This document shows, in pieces, positions 27,025-35,250 of a stretch of 64,000 nt of DNA. The stretch's first letter is position 1; each line of letters begins with the position of its first letter. The stretch is taken from contig CAYYJN010000006.1 in assembly GCA_964472275.1 (NCBI GenBank), positions 9,122 to 73,121 of the forward strand, in the 5' to 3' direction. This DNA comes from an uncultured Solibacteraceae bacterium (GTDB lineage Bacteria; Acidobacteriota; Holophagae; Holophagales; Holophagaceae). Below the pieces are notes generated by a model. The model ran no database searches and had not been told where the DNA came from. It saw nothing but the letters and a program-made list of their open reading frames with translations. The translations under genes were made by a program, and so were the position numbers.

Positions 27025-27747
27025 TCAGGCCTTCTCGAAGAAGAGCACCACCATGCCGAAGCCCACGCGGTCGCCGGGGCTCAGCTCGCGCGCGTCGCCA
27101 GGCTGGACGCGGTCGCCCTTCACATAGGTGCCGTTGGCGACGCCGGGCTCCTCCAGCAGGAAGTAGCGGCCGTGCTCGCAGAGGATGCGCGCGTGGCGGC
27201 GGCTCACGCTGAGGTTGTGGTCCTCGGTGGTGAGGTCCACATCGGGATGCACGCCGGTGGTGGGGTCGTAGCGGCCCACGAGCGAACCGTGGGCGAGGAT
27301 GGGGTATTTCTTGCCCGTGAGCACGGAGACGAGCTGGGCCACGGGCTGGGCCACCTTCATCTTCTGGCTCTTGCTCAGGTTCTCGTCCAGCTTCTCGGAC
27401 ATCTCCCGGTTGCGCTGGGCCATGCGCTGCATCATCTTCACGGCCACTTCCGGGTTCTGCTTGATCATCTTGAGGAAAGTGCCGCGGCTGATGGCGATGA
27501 GGTCCGAATCCTCCATGGCCACGGCCGTGAGGGCGCGGGGCAACGCCTCCAGCAGGCTGCCTTCGCCGAAGAAGTCGCCCTTGCCGAACTCCTCCGCCCA
27601 CTCGCCCTTGGCTTCCTCGCCCACATAGAGGCGCACCTTGCCCGTCAGGATGACGAACATCTGCTGACCCATCTCCCCGCGGGTGAAGATGGTCTCGCCT
27701 TCCTTGAAGTGGACTTTGCTCTGCTCGATGAAATTGGAGTCGGCCAT
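27025..27747 (-). CDS. cyclic-nucleotide-binding domain / FHA domain protein
   Basis: Uses the internal Met (aa 169) of ORF 27025..28251. The cNMP-binding core reads FKEGETIFTRGEMGQQMFVILTGKVRL...GDFFGEGSLL. The C-terminal FHA domain reads GSLVGRY...LSVSRRHARIL...ANGTYVKGDRV. Confidence 0.82.
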   Translation of the reverse strand: MADSNFIEQSKVHFKEGETIFTRGEMGQQMFVILTGKVRLYVGEEAKGEWAEEFGKGDFFGEGSLLEALPRALTAVAMEDSDLIAISRGTFLKMIKQNPEVAVKMMQRMAQRNREMSEKLDENLSKSQKMKVAQPVAQLVSVLTGKKYPILAHGSLVGRYDPTTGVHPDVDLTTEDHNLSVSRRHARILCEHGRYFLLEEPGVANGTYVKGDRVQPGDARELSPGDRVGFGMVVLFFEKA

Positions 27748-27866
27748 GGGTCGCTTTGATTTCGTTTCCCACGATACCCGGGCGAGCATCGTCCCGCTTT
27801 CTTTTTGTGGGACCACTGAAGGTTGGCCCCATCGCGTCCGCCCTTGGACGCAAGGCGTCACAACGC

Positions 27867-28409
27867 TTATCGCGGTTGGCCGACGCTCCAGTTCACAGGC
27901 CCCCTGAACACTTCCGTCATCAAGGCTTCCAGGCGCTGAGCCTCCGCCTCGGAGAAGGCATCCAAAGTAGGCGAATCGAGATCCAGGACCGCGCGAAGAC
28001 GGCCTTCGCCATCCTTCACCGGAATCACCAGTTCGCTGCGCGTGGCGTCGTCGCAGGCGATGTGGCCCGGAAAGGCCTGGACATCGGGAACAAGCTGCGT
28101 CTGCCCGCTGCGCGCCGCCGCGCCGCAGACGCCGCGCTCGAAGGCGATGCGCAGGCAGCCCATGCCGCCCTGGTACGGCCCCACCGCGAGCATCCGCTCC
28201 TCCACCCGGCGATAGAAGCCGCACCAGTTGGTCTGAGGCAGCGTTTCCCACAGCAGACAGGCCAGCGTGGCCTGCAGCGCGATCTCATCGCGTTCGCCTT
28301 CCAGCGCCGCGCGGATCTGGGGCAGCGCCTCCTCCAGACGGGCGACGCGCTCCGCGACGGGCAACAGCGTTCCCCGCGCCACTTTCGCCAGCAGAATCCC
28401 TTCGGACAC
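27867..28409 (-). CDS. GAF-domain free methionine-(R)-sulfoxide reductase-like protein
   Basis: WCGFYR, GGMGCLRIAFERGVCGAAA and HIACDDATRSELVIP match the YebR/fRMsr-type single GAF domain. The start is taken at the GTG at 28409, preceded by GGAGG. No in-frame ATG is nearby. Confidence 0.78.
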   Translation of the reverse strand: MSEGILLAKVARGTLLPVAERVARLEEALPQIRAALEGERDEIALQATLACLLWETLPQTNWCGFYRRVEERMLAVGPYQGGMGCLRIAFERGVCGAAARSGQTQLVPDVQAFPGHIACDDATRSELVIPVKDGEGRLRAVLDLDSPTLDAFSEAEAQRLEALMTEVFRGPVNWSVGQPR

Positions 28410-28433
28410 GGCAACCTCCGCTACTCTCTTCCC

Positions 28434-29486
28434 ATGTCCATTCTGCGCTACCTGGCTTCGCCCCTGGCGCCCGTCTACGCCCTGACGACGGCGCTCCGGA
28501 ACCGGGGCTATGACCAGCACCCGGAGCGGGCGGCGAAGGTCGGGCTGCCCGTGATCAGCGTCGGCAACCTCAGCACGGGCGGCACGGGGAAGACGCCCGT
28601 CACGCTCTTTCTCGCGGAGGGCCTGCGGACGGCGGGAATCGAGACGGGCATCCTGAGCCGCGGCCACGGCGGCAAGCGCAAGACGGATCCCATGGCGGTC
28701 ATGCCCGACACCGAGGCCGCCGCCTGCGGCGACGAGCCCGCGTTGATGGCCCGCCGCCTTGGGCCGGGCCGCGTCTTCGTCGGCCGCAAGCGCGTTGACG
28801 CCGCGCGTCTGGCCCGCGCCACCGCGCCGGAGCTGAAGGCACTGCTCCTGGACGACGGCTTCCAGCACCGCGCCCTGCACCGCGATCTGGATCTGCTCCT
28901 GCTCGACGGCTCGCGCCTGTGGGGCAACGGGTTCCAACTTCCCTTGGGCGATCTCCGCGAATCCACGGCTGGGGCACGGCGCGCCCACGCGCTCGTCGTC
29001 ACCCGCGCGGCCCGCGTGAAGGATCGCGCCGCCGTGGAAGCGTGGTGGCGCGCGCACGGCGGCGGCGGCCCGATCTTCTGGGTGGACTTCCGGCTTTCCC
29101 GATTGCGCCCGATGGATGAGGCGCGCGCCTCCATCGCCCTGCCTGAAGCGGTGCCTCAGCCTTCCTTCGCCTGGTGCGGCCTCGGCAACCCCGAAGCCTT
29201 CTTCGCCGACCTCCGTTCCGCGGGCGTGGCCATGCGCGACGCGGCGCGCTTCAGCGACCACCACGGCCCCACGCCAGATGAGCTCGAAGGCCTAGACGCC
29301 GAAGCCGTCCACATCGGCGCGACGCGCCTCCTCTGCACCGCGAAGGACGCCGTGAAGCTCACCGAAGACCACCTCGCCGCCCTCACCCTGCCCCTCTTCA
29401 TCGCCGAGCAGGAAGTGGAAGGCGGAGAAGCCTTGCTGGCCTTCGTGAAGGCCAAGCTGGCGGAGCTGCAAGCCCAAGCTGATTGA
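28434..29486 (+). CDS. lpxK: tetraacyldisaccharide 4'-kinase
   Basis: Uses the internal Met (aa 227) of ORF 27756..29486. The P-loop VISVGNLSTGGTGKTP and the ILSRGHGG and LDDGFQH motifs are present. Confidence 0.9.
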   Translation: MSILRYLASPLAPVYALTTALRNRGYDQHPERAAKVGLPVISVGNLSTGGTGKTPVTLFLAEGLRTAGIETGILSRGHGGKRKTDPMAVMPDTEAAACGDEPALMARRLGPGRVFVGRKRVDAARLARATAPELKALLLDDGFQHRALHRDLDLLLLDGSRLWGNGFQLPLGDLRESTAGARRAHALVVTRAARVKDRAAVEAWWRAHGGGGPIFWVDFRLSRLRPMDEARASIALPEAVPQPSFAWCGLGNPEAFFADLRSAGVAMRDAARFSDHHGPTPDELEGLDAEAVHIGATRLLCTAKDAVKLTEDHLAALTLPLFIAEQEVEGGEALLAFVKAKLAELQAQAD

Positions 29487-29503
29487 GCTATCCTGGAATC
29501 AGC

Positions 29504-29578
29504 GCGGGCGTAGTTCAGTGGTAGAACGCAAGCTTCCCAAGCTTGATGTCGTGGGTTCAATCCCCATCGCCCGCTCCA
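29504..29578 (+). tRNA. tRNA-Gly (anticodon CCC)
   Basis: Manual cloverleaf fold. The acceptor stem is GCGGGCG/CGCCCGC, the D arm GTTC-AGTGGTA-GAAC, and the anticodon stem CAAGC/GCTTG with loop TTCCCAA. The T arm is GTGGG-TTCAATC-CCCAT, and a CCA end is encoded. Confidence 0.9.
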
Positions 29579-29581
29579 ATC

Positions 29582-29601
29582 CCGGCCCCGCGAGGGGCCG
29601 G
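29582..29601 (+). terminator. hairpin terminator after tRNA-Gly
   Basis: CCGGCCCC-GCGA-GGGGCCGG lies immediately 3' of the tRNA. Confidence 0.6.
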
Positions 29602-29650
29602 ACTCATGTAAGGCGGTGGGGATTGAATCGCCGGGGCCTGCGTTCCGGCC

Positions 29651-29691
29651 AAGGCCCGAAGCCCGAGGTCCGAGGTCCGAGGCCCGTGGCC
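29651..29691. repeat. solo word-repeat arm (CGAGGTC words), related to the 39744..39802 element
   Basis: AAGGCCCGAAGCCCGAGGTCCGAGGTCCGAGGCCCGTGGCC resembles the right arm of copy G. I found no complementary left arm nearby. Confidence 0.6.
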
Positions 29692-29697
29692 CACCCC

Positions 29698-30801
29698 TCA
29701 CCCCTTCCCGGAGGACTTCGACTCGAGGAAGCGCTTGGCTTCGCGGCGGAGGACTTCGGGGATGTTCTTGTCGCGCTGCATGAGCTTCATGTCGAATTCG
29801 TTGATGCGCTTCAGATTCGACATGGCGAGGGCGATGGGCGTGCGCGGGTTGTAGACGATGGCTTTGACGATGGTGTACTTCTTCATCCATTCGCGGTTCA
29901 TGCTGATGACCCGCAGCACGCCTTCGTGGATGGTGCGCATGTTGGCGATGAAGGCCACTTCGCCTTCGGTGATGCGGCCGTTGCGCACCACATTCTCCTG
30001 GATGAGGCGATTGGCCTCGCGGATGAGGATGGTGCGCTCCTCCTTGCCGCCCTTGATGGCGAGCATGATCTTCTGATTCGTCTTCAGCCGCGCGATGCGC
30101 TTGGCGATGGAGAGGCTGACCTCTTCGCCCTCGAAGGCCTTGATGGCCTGCACGATGGCTTCCGGATCGGCCTCGGCGCCTTCCTCCAGCTTGGCTTCGC
30201 GCTCCTCCTTGCTCTCCTCCTTGGGCATCGGGAGTTCGGCCCAGGCCTTGTCCAGGCGGCCGGCCTCCACTTCATCCAGGACTTCGAGGCGCTCCTTCTT
30301 CACCTCTTCGGGGACGATCTTCAGCACCTCGAAGCGGAACTCGTTGATGCGCCGCTTGAGGTTGTATTCCGCCGCCGGGTGCTGCTCCAGCAGGTCGAGG
30401 ATCACCGGGCGCTGAATCCAGAGCACCTGGTTGTTGGAGATGATGTCGAGGGCCGGGCCGGGCAGGCTGGGGATGGCCCGCTCCACGATCTCCGCGGTGA
30501 GGTCCGGATGGAGCAGCGCGGCCTCGAGGATCGTGAACTCGCGGCGATGGCGCAGCACCAGTTCCAGCGGCGCGGGCGGCTGGATGCGCTCCATCAGGAG
30601 GCCCTGCAGGACGGATTCCGGGATGGATTGGAAACTTTGCAGCGCGCGCTCGGCGAAGGGCGAACCGCTGATCACCGCGTGGGCCTGGGCGTGGATGAAG
30701 TCCGCGGGCGGCACGGGCAGGCTGCCCCCCAGGAGCGCCAGCACCATGGGCTCCGGAAGCTGTTGGGCGAGATACCGTTCGACGATCGGGTGCAAGGTCA
30801 C
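29698..30801 (-). CDS. hypothetical protein with LRV/HEAT-like helical repeats
   Basis: 367-aa ORF. It has an acidic coiled middle (KEESKEEREAKLEEGAEAD) and C-terminal helical repeats with an NPRTP-type signature (AIVYNPRTPIALAMSNL). There is an ATGA overlap with the upstream gene. Confidence 0.6.
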   Translation of the reverse strand: MTLHPIVERYLAQQLPEPMVLALLGGSLPVPPADFIHAQAHAVISGSPFAERALQSFQSIPESVLQGLLMERIQPPAPLELVLRHRREFTILEAALLHPDLTAEIVERAIPSLPGPALDIISNNQVLWIQRPVILDLLEQHPAAEYNLKRRINEFRFEVLKIVPEEVKKERLEVLDEVEAGRLDKAWAELPMPKEESKEEREAKLEEGAEADPEAIVQAIKAFEGEEVSLSIAKRIARLKTNQKIMLAIKGGKEERTILIREANRLIQENVVRNGRITEGEVAFIANMRTIHEGVLRVISMNREWMKKYTIVKAIVYNPRTPIALAMSNLKRINEFDMKLMQRDKNIPEVLRREAKRFLESKSSGKG

Positions 30802-31667
30802 TCCAGGTTTGGCTTGGGCGCGGCCCCATCCGCGTCCGGCGACGGCTCCTCGGGCGGAGGAAGCGGCTGCTCAGGCGCCGGTTCCTGGGTCGGGGGTTCC
30901 ACGGGAACGGGCTGGGGACGCGGGCGGCGCCAGACTCCATTCTCATCGAAACGGCCGCTCCATGGTTCCCCCACGCTCGCGCCGGTGGCGAGGGGCTTGC
31001 CGGCCACTTCCACCTGGACCACGCCTCCATTGGAAAGGCTCAGCGTGAAGGGACCCTTCACCCGCAGCTTCCACGGATCGGAAACTTGGAGCGTGCGCGC
31101 CAGCTTCACGCCATCCGCGCCCACCGCCTCCGCGTCGCAGGTGTCCATGGCGCGGAGCGAGACGAGGATGCCTTCGCCGGAGACGGGCGCTTCGGGCAGC
31201 AACTCGCCCAGGACGGGATAGGGCGTCGTGGCTCGCGGCGGAGGGGGTGGCACCGCGAGACGCGGCGGCTGGTCCAACCAGGCGGCGGGTCCGCGGCCGC
31301 GCAGGCTCCGCCCGGGAATGACGAGCCAGGCGAGCAGCGCGATGGAGCCAAGGCCAAGGGCCACCATCGCTCCGCGTTCCAGGCGCTCCAGCTTGGGATC
31401 GGGCGGGGTGTCGGTGAGCGCGCCAGGCACGAGGCCCAGCGCATCGGGATGATGCTCCAGATCCATGCGGAGCCGCGCCGCGATTTGCCGGGTCAGGGGC
31501 CGCTGGCGCCCGGGCGGGATGGCCTCCCAGTCATCGGCCTCCACCGCCCTGAGGATGCGCGGCGTCAGTTTCAGTTCCTCCGCCAACTGCTCCAGGCTGA
31601 GGCCCTGAACCTCCCGCGCCTCTTTGAGCAGCGCGCCGATGGAACGGCGATCAGACTCCTCGCTCAC
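30798..31667 (-). CDS. RodZ-like protein (XRE-type HTH, TM segment, DUF4115-like C-terminus)
   Basis: HTH IGALLKEAREVQGLSLEQLAEELKLTPRILRAVE, TM segment GAMVALGLGSIALLAWLVI, a Pro-rich linker, then a beta-rich C-terminal domain. Confidence 0.68.
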   Translation of the reverse strand: MSEESDRRSIGALLKEAREVQGLSLEQLAEELKLTPRILRAVEADDWEAIPPGRQRPLTRQIAARLRMDLEHHPDALGLVPGALTDTPPDPKLERLERGAMVALGLGSIALLAWLVIPGRSLRGRGPAAWLDQPPRLAVPPPPPRATTPYPVLGELLPEAPVSGEGILVSLRAMDTCDAEAVGADGVKLARTLQVSDPWKLRVKGPFTLSLSNGGVVQVEVAGKPLATGASVGEPWSGRFDENGVWRRPRPQPVPVEPPTQEPAPEQPLPPPEEPSPDADGAAPKPNLE

Positions 31668-31683
31668 GGCTTCCAGCCCGCGT

Positions 31684-32658
31684 TCATGGCTTCCAGCCTA
31701 CGGGCGTCCCCGCGAGCACTTTGCCGAGATGGTCGCGCCGTTCCTGGCGCAGCAGACGGCGGTCGTCCAGGCTGCCGCGGTGGGCCATCACATCCGCGAA
31801 GGTCGCTTGCAGATCATCGGGCGTGGCGAAGTCCCGGCCCGCCAGCCACGCCTCGGCCTGGGAGAGCGCGAGCCAGTGGCGGAAGGCGCGGGTGGAGCAG
31901 AAGGCGCCTTCCGCGCGCATCTTTGCGACCACGCGTTCGGCGTAGTCCAACAGAGGGTCGGCGAGCTGCACGGCCTTCACGGCTCTTCTCGCCGCGCGCC
32001 AGCCATCCAGATCCAGACTCGGGATGAGCTGCTCCACGCGCTCGGCGCCCGCTTCGCCCTTGAGGACTTTGCGCTCGGCGGAACGCTCGGGATAACCGAG
32101 ATGCACGACGCAGGCGAAGCGATCGAGCTGGCTTTCCGGAAGCGGGAAGGTGCCCGCGTGATCGAGCGGATTCTGCGTGGCCACGACGAAGAAGGGGTCG
32201 GGCAGCGGCAGGCTTTGGCGATCCAGCGTCACCTGCCCTTCCACCATCACCTCGAGCAGCGCGCTCTGAGTCTTGGGGCCGATGCGGTTCAGCTCATCCA
32301 TGAGCAGCACATGGCAGAACACCGGCCCGGGCTGGAAGCGGAAGGCCTGGGCTTGGGCATCCCAGAGGTGAACGCCCAGCAGATCCGAAGGCAGCAGATC
32401 GTTGGTGCCCTGCACGCGCTGGAAGGTTCCGCCAAGGACGCGCGCGAGCCCCTTCGCCAGCGTCGTCTTGCCCACGCCCGGAAGGTCCTCCAGCAGCAGA
32501 TGCCCGCCCGCGAGCAGCGTCGCCAGCGCGCGCCGAACTTGCGCCTCCTTGCCCACCACGACCCGCTGCAGCGCCGCCAGGCTCGCGAGGGCCGCGGGCC
32601 GCGGATTGGAGGCGACGGGAGGAGGGGCGGCAGGAGGGGTCTGGGCGGGATCGTTCAT
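31684..32658 (-). CDS. MoxR-family AAA+ ATPase
   Basis: Walker A LEDLPGVGKTTLAK, Walker B LLMDELNR and the TQNPLD motif are present. The 324-aa length is typical of MoxR. Confidence 0.9.
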   Translation of the reverse strand: MNDPAQTPPAAPPPVASNPRPAALASLAALQRVVVGKEAQVRRALATLLAGGHLLLEDLPGVGKTTLAKGLARVLGGTFQRVQGTNDLLPSDLLGVHLWDAQAQAFRFQPGPVFCHVLLMDELNRIGPKTQSALLEVMVEGQVTLDRQSLPLPDPFFVVATQNPLDHAGTFPLPESQLDRFACVVHLGYPERSAERKVLKGEAGAERVEQLIPSLDLDGWRAARRAVKAVQLADPLLDYAERVVAKMRAEGAFCSTRAFRHWLALSQAEAWLAGRDFATPDDLQATFADVMAHRGSLDDRRLLRQERRDHLGKVLAGTPVGWKP

Positions 32659-33887
32659 GGCGTGCCTTCATCCTCCAGCGGGATGCCCGCATCCCGCAAG
32701 CGCTGGGCCAGGACCCGCACGGTGAGCCCGAGCGCGTCCGCCGCCTTGGGCAGGTCGCCGCCCGCGTCGAGCAGCGCGCGGCGCAGCAGATGGGCGCGGC
32801 CGGACGCGGCCAAAGCCTGCTCCATCGCCTCCAGCGTTCCCCGGGCCGGCGTGGGCAGCAGCAACGCATCCGCCCCGACGGAGAATTCGGGCAGGCGCTT
32901 CAGCACCGGGCCTTCGTTCAGCAGCAACGCCCGCACCGCCGCCAATTCCAGTTCCCGCGCCTCACCGGGAAAGGCGTGGGCGAGCAGCGGCTTTTCCAGC
33001 GCGCGATCCATCACCGGGACCGGGCGGCCCGACGCGATCGCGGCCCGCGCCACGAAGGCCTGGAAGAGGGCCAGGCGGTCTTCCCGCCGCTCGGCGAGGG
33101 AAGGGACCGGAAGCGTCAACACGCCGAGCCGGTGCCGCAGCGCGACGGGGACGCCCTCCAACGACGCGGCTCCGGCGCTCCAAGCGATGCCCCTGCCCGC
33201 TTCCGAGTCCAACGCGACGGCGACCGCATCCACCATGGCGCCATCCGCGCGCTCAAGATCGGCGAGGTGGAGGCTACCGCCGCGCAGCAGACGCAGCAAA
33301 GGCGCGAAGCCATCGTCGAGCGCCTCCATCGGTCGCACCACCTTGAACGGCGCGCCGGGCCTGCGGAGGGTGTGGAGGCGACGGGCCGCCCGCGCCTTCC
33401 CCGTGCCTGAGCGGCCCGTGAAGAGCACGGGATGATCCGTCTCCGCCGCGCGGCGCAGGCTCGCGTCGAGACTGCGCATCGCGGGGCTCAGGGCGATCCA
33501 AGGTTCATCCGCGGGCGGCGGCGGCGCGCCCACCAGCGCGCGGAGCCGCTCCAGCAGCGCGAGGAAGGCGTCGAGGTCGAAGGGCTTGGGCAGAAAGTCG
33601 TCCGTGCCCAGCTTCATGGCTTCGACGATGTCCTTGGGCTCGCCGAACGCGCTCATCAGCACGGCGCGGATCTCGGGCCGCAGGCGCTTGGCGCGGCGGA
33701 TGAGTTCGAGCCCGCTCATGCCCGGCAGGCGCAGGTCCGTCACCAGCACGGGAAAAGGGCGCGTCTCCAGATGCGCGAGCGCCTCCGCGGGGTCGGCCGC
33801 TGGCGTCACGGTCCAGTCCGACCCCGCCAGCGCCTTCACCAGCAGGTCCCGGAAGCTGTCTTTGTCCTCGACGAGGAGGAGATCCAT
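32655..33887 (-). CDS. response regulator: receiver + degenerate sigma-54-activator-like AAA+ domain + Fis-type HTH
   Basis: Start at Met27 (MDLLLVEDKDSF). The receiver domain (VTDLRLPGMSG...KPFDLDAF) and Walker A (FTGRSGTGKA) are retained. The ESELFGH..GAFTGA segment and the DE Walker B are missing (SLHLADLE). The C-terminal HTH reads AADALGLTVRVLAQRL. Confidence 0.75.
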   Translation of the reverse strand: MDLLLVEDKDSFRDLLVKALAGSDWTVTPAADPAEALAHLETRPFPVLVTDLRLPGMSGLELIRRAKRLRPEIRAVLMSAFGEPKDIVEAMKLGTDDFLPKPFDLDAFLALLERLRALVGAPPPPADEPWIALSPAMRSLDASLRRAAETDHPVLFTGRSGTGKARAARRLHTLRRPGAPFKVVRPMEALDDGFAPLLRLLRGGSLHLADLERADGAMVDAVAVALDSEAGRGIAWSAGAASLEGVPVALRHRLGVLTLPVPSLAERREDRLALFQAFVARAAIASGRPVPVMDRALEKPLLAHAFPGEARELELAAVRALLLNEGPVLKRLPEFSVGADALLLPTPARGTLEAMEQALAASGRAHLLRRALLDAGGDLPKAADALGLTVRVLAQRLRDAGIPLEDEGTP

Positions 33888-33897
33888 AGCCGCTAGG

Positions 33898-35250
33898 CTA
33901 GCGGATCGCGGCGCGGAAGAGGCGGGATTGCGCGTCGGCCTGGGCTTCGAAGAGCGACGCGCCATCCACGAGCTCCAGGCCCTCCGCCCAGGCCTCGAAG
34001 GCCGTGCGCTCCTTGTAGACCCACTCCACCGCCCAACGCAGCGTGGGCCGCGCGGCTTCCAGCGCTTCGGGAAAAGGCATCGGGTCGCCGGGGATCATGC
34101 CGAGGCTCGTCGCTTGGATCACGCCGATAGGCGCGGCGCGATGGATGTCTTCGGGCGTGAGGCGCGCGGAACGCGAGACCTGGATCACCTTTCGCCCGAG
34201 CTCCTCCAGCACCTTCCGGCTCGCTTCCGCGACACCACCAGAGCCCAGCAGAAGCACGGGGCCCTTCGCCTTCGACGCGAGCGCGCTTCGCAGCGCGTCG
34301 GCGTCCGTGTTGGCGCCGCGCCAGGCGCCTTCTTCGCGCCAGATCGTGTTGAGCGGGCGGTCGAGGCCCAGCGCCTTCGGAAGCGTCTCCTTGAGCGGAG
34401 CCGTGATGCTCGCGGCGGGGATGGCGAGCGCGCCAAAGGCCTCGACCGCCTCTTCGGCGTCGTCACACTCCAGCGGCAGGTAGATCGCCTGCCCGTCGAG
34501 GCGCGGATTGTGGAAGGCTGGGCCTTTCGAATGCAGCACCGGCGAACCCAGCACGCCGAGCAACGGCGCGCCCGGCTTCAGCTCCGCGCAGCTCCAGGCG
34601 CGCATCGCGGAAAGCGGCACCTGCCCTGGAGCGGCCGCGCCCGCGTCATCCGGAGCGGCGTAGGTGAACCCGCCGCCCCAGGCCCGTTGCAGGCAGCGGC
34701 TGGGAATCCCTTTCGGACCCATGAGAAAGGCCGAGAGCGGCAGGCCCCTTCCGAGCAGGGGCTTCAATCGCGCGTTGTCCGCGAGACGGTTCGCGTGGCC
34801 CACCCACTTGAAGGCGTCGCCTTCCGGCAGCGCGCCCAATCGCGATTCAAGATCGAACACCCCAGGCGCCACATGGACACTGCGCAGCACCTTCGTGCGC
34901 GCGCGATCCAGCCAGGTCGGCAGCAGAAGCTCCCATTCCAGGTCCACCCAAGCCGCGCCCGCCGCCACCGCTTCGCGAAGCCGCTCCAGGCGCGAAGGCC
35001 CATCCTCAGCCTTGCCCAGCTCCGAAACGCGGCGGTTGGTGACAAGGCATCGTCCGCCAAGATCGCGCACCATGGCGTCCGCGTCGCGCTCCGGGAAAAG
35101 GTCCAGCCTCAACTCGGGCAGCGCGTCCCCCGGCAACGCCCGCGCGCAAGCGAGCGCCGCGTCCCAGGTCGCGTGCGTCAGGGTGACGATGAAGAAAGGC
35201 AAAACCACATCCACAGATTGCACAGATTCCACAGATTGCCTCCGCGGCAT
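33898..35250 (-). CDS. aroDE: bifunctional 3-dehydroquinate dehydratase (type I) / shikimate dehydrogenase
   Basis: The N-terminal AroD-like half reads ELRLDLF...GAAWVDLEWEL. The C-terminal AroE-like half reads GVLGSPVLHSKGPAFHN, with the Rossmann motif LLLGSGGVAEA. The first roughly 15 codons lie inside repeat copy H, so the true start may be downstream. Confidence 0.8.
   Translation of the reverse strand: MPRRQSVESVQSVDVVLPFFIVTLTHATWDAALACARALPGDALPELRLDLFPERDADAMVRDLGGRCLVTNRRVSELGKAEDGPSRLERLREAVAAGAAWVDLEWELLLPTWLDRARTKVLRSVHVAPGVFDLESRLGALPEGDAFKWVGHANRLADNARLKPLLGRGLPLSAFLMGPKGIPSRCLQRAWGGGFTYAAPDDAGAAAPGQVPLSAMRAWSCAELKPGAPLLGVLGSPVLHSKGPAFHNPRLDGQAIYLPLECDDAEEAVEAFGALAIPAASITAPLKETLPKALGLDRPLNTIWREEGAWRGANTDADALRSALASKAKGPVLLLGSGGVAEASRKVLEELGRKVIQVSRSARLTPEDIHRAAPIGVIQATSLGMIPGDPMPFPEALEAARPTLRWAVEWVYKERTAFEAWAEGLELVDGASLFEAQADAQSRLFRAAIR

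Noticed and set aside
29504-29700. An integrative element or prophage junction at tRNA-Gly.
   Set aside because: There is no integrase or phage gene on either side. The partial tRNA copy is inverted rather than direct. Flanking genes (lpxK and a conserved-looking operon) have normal high-GC composition.
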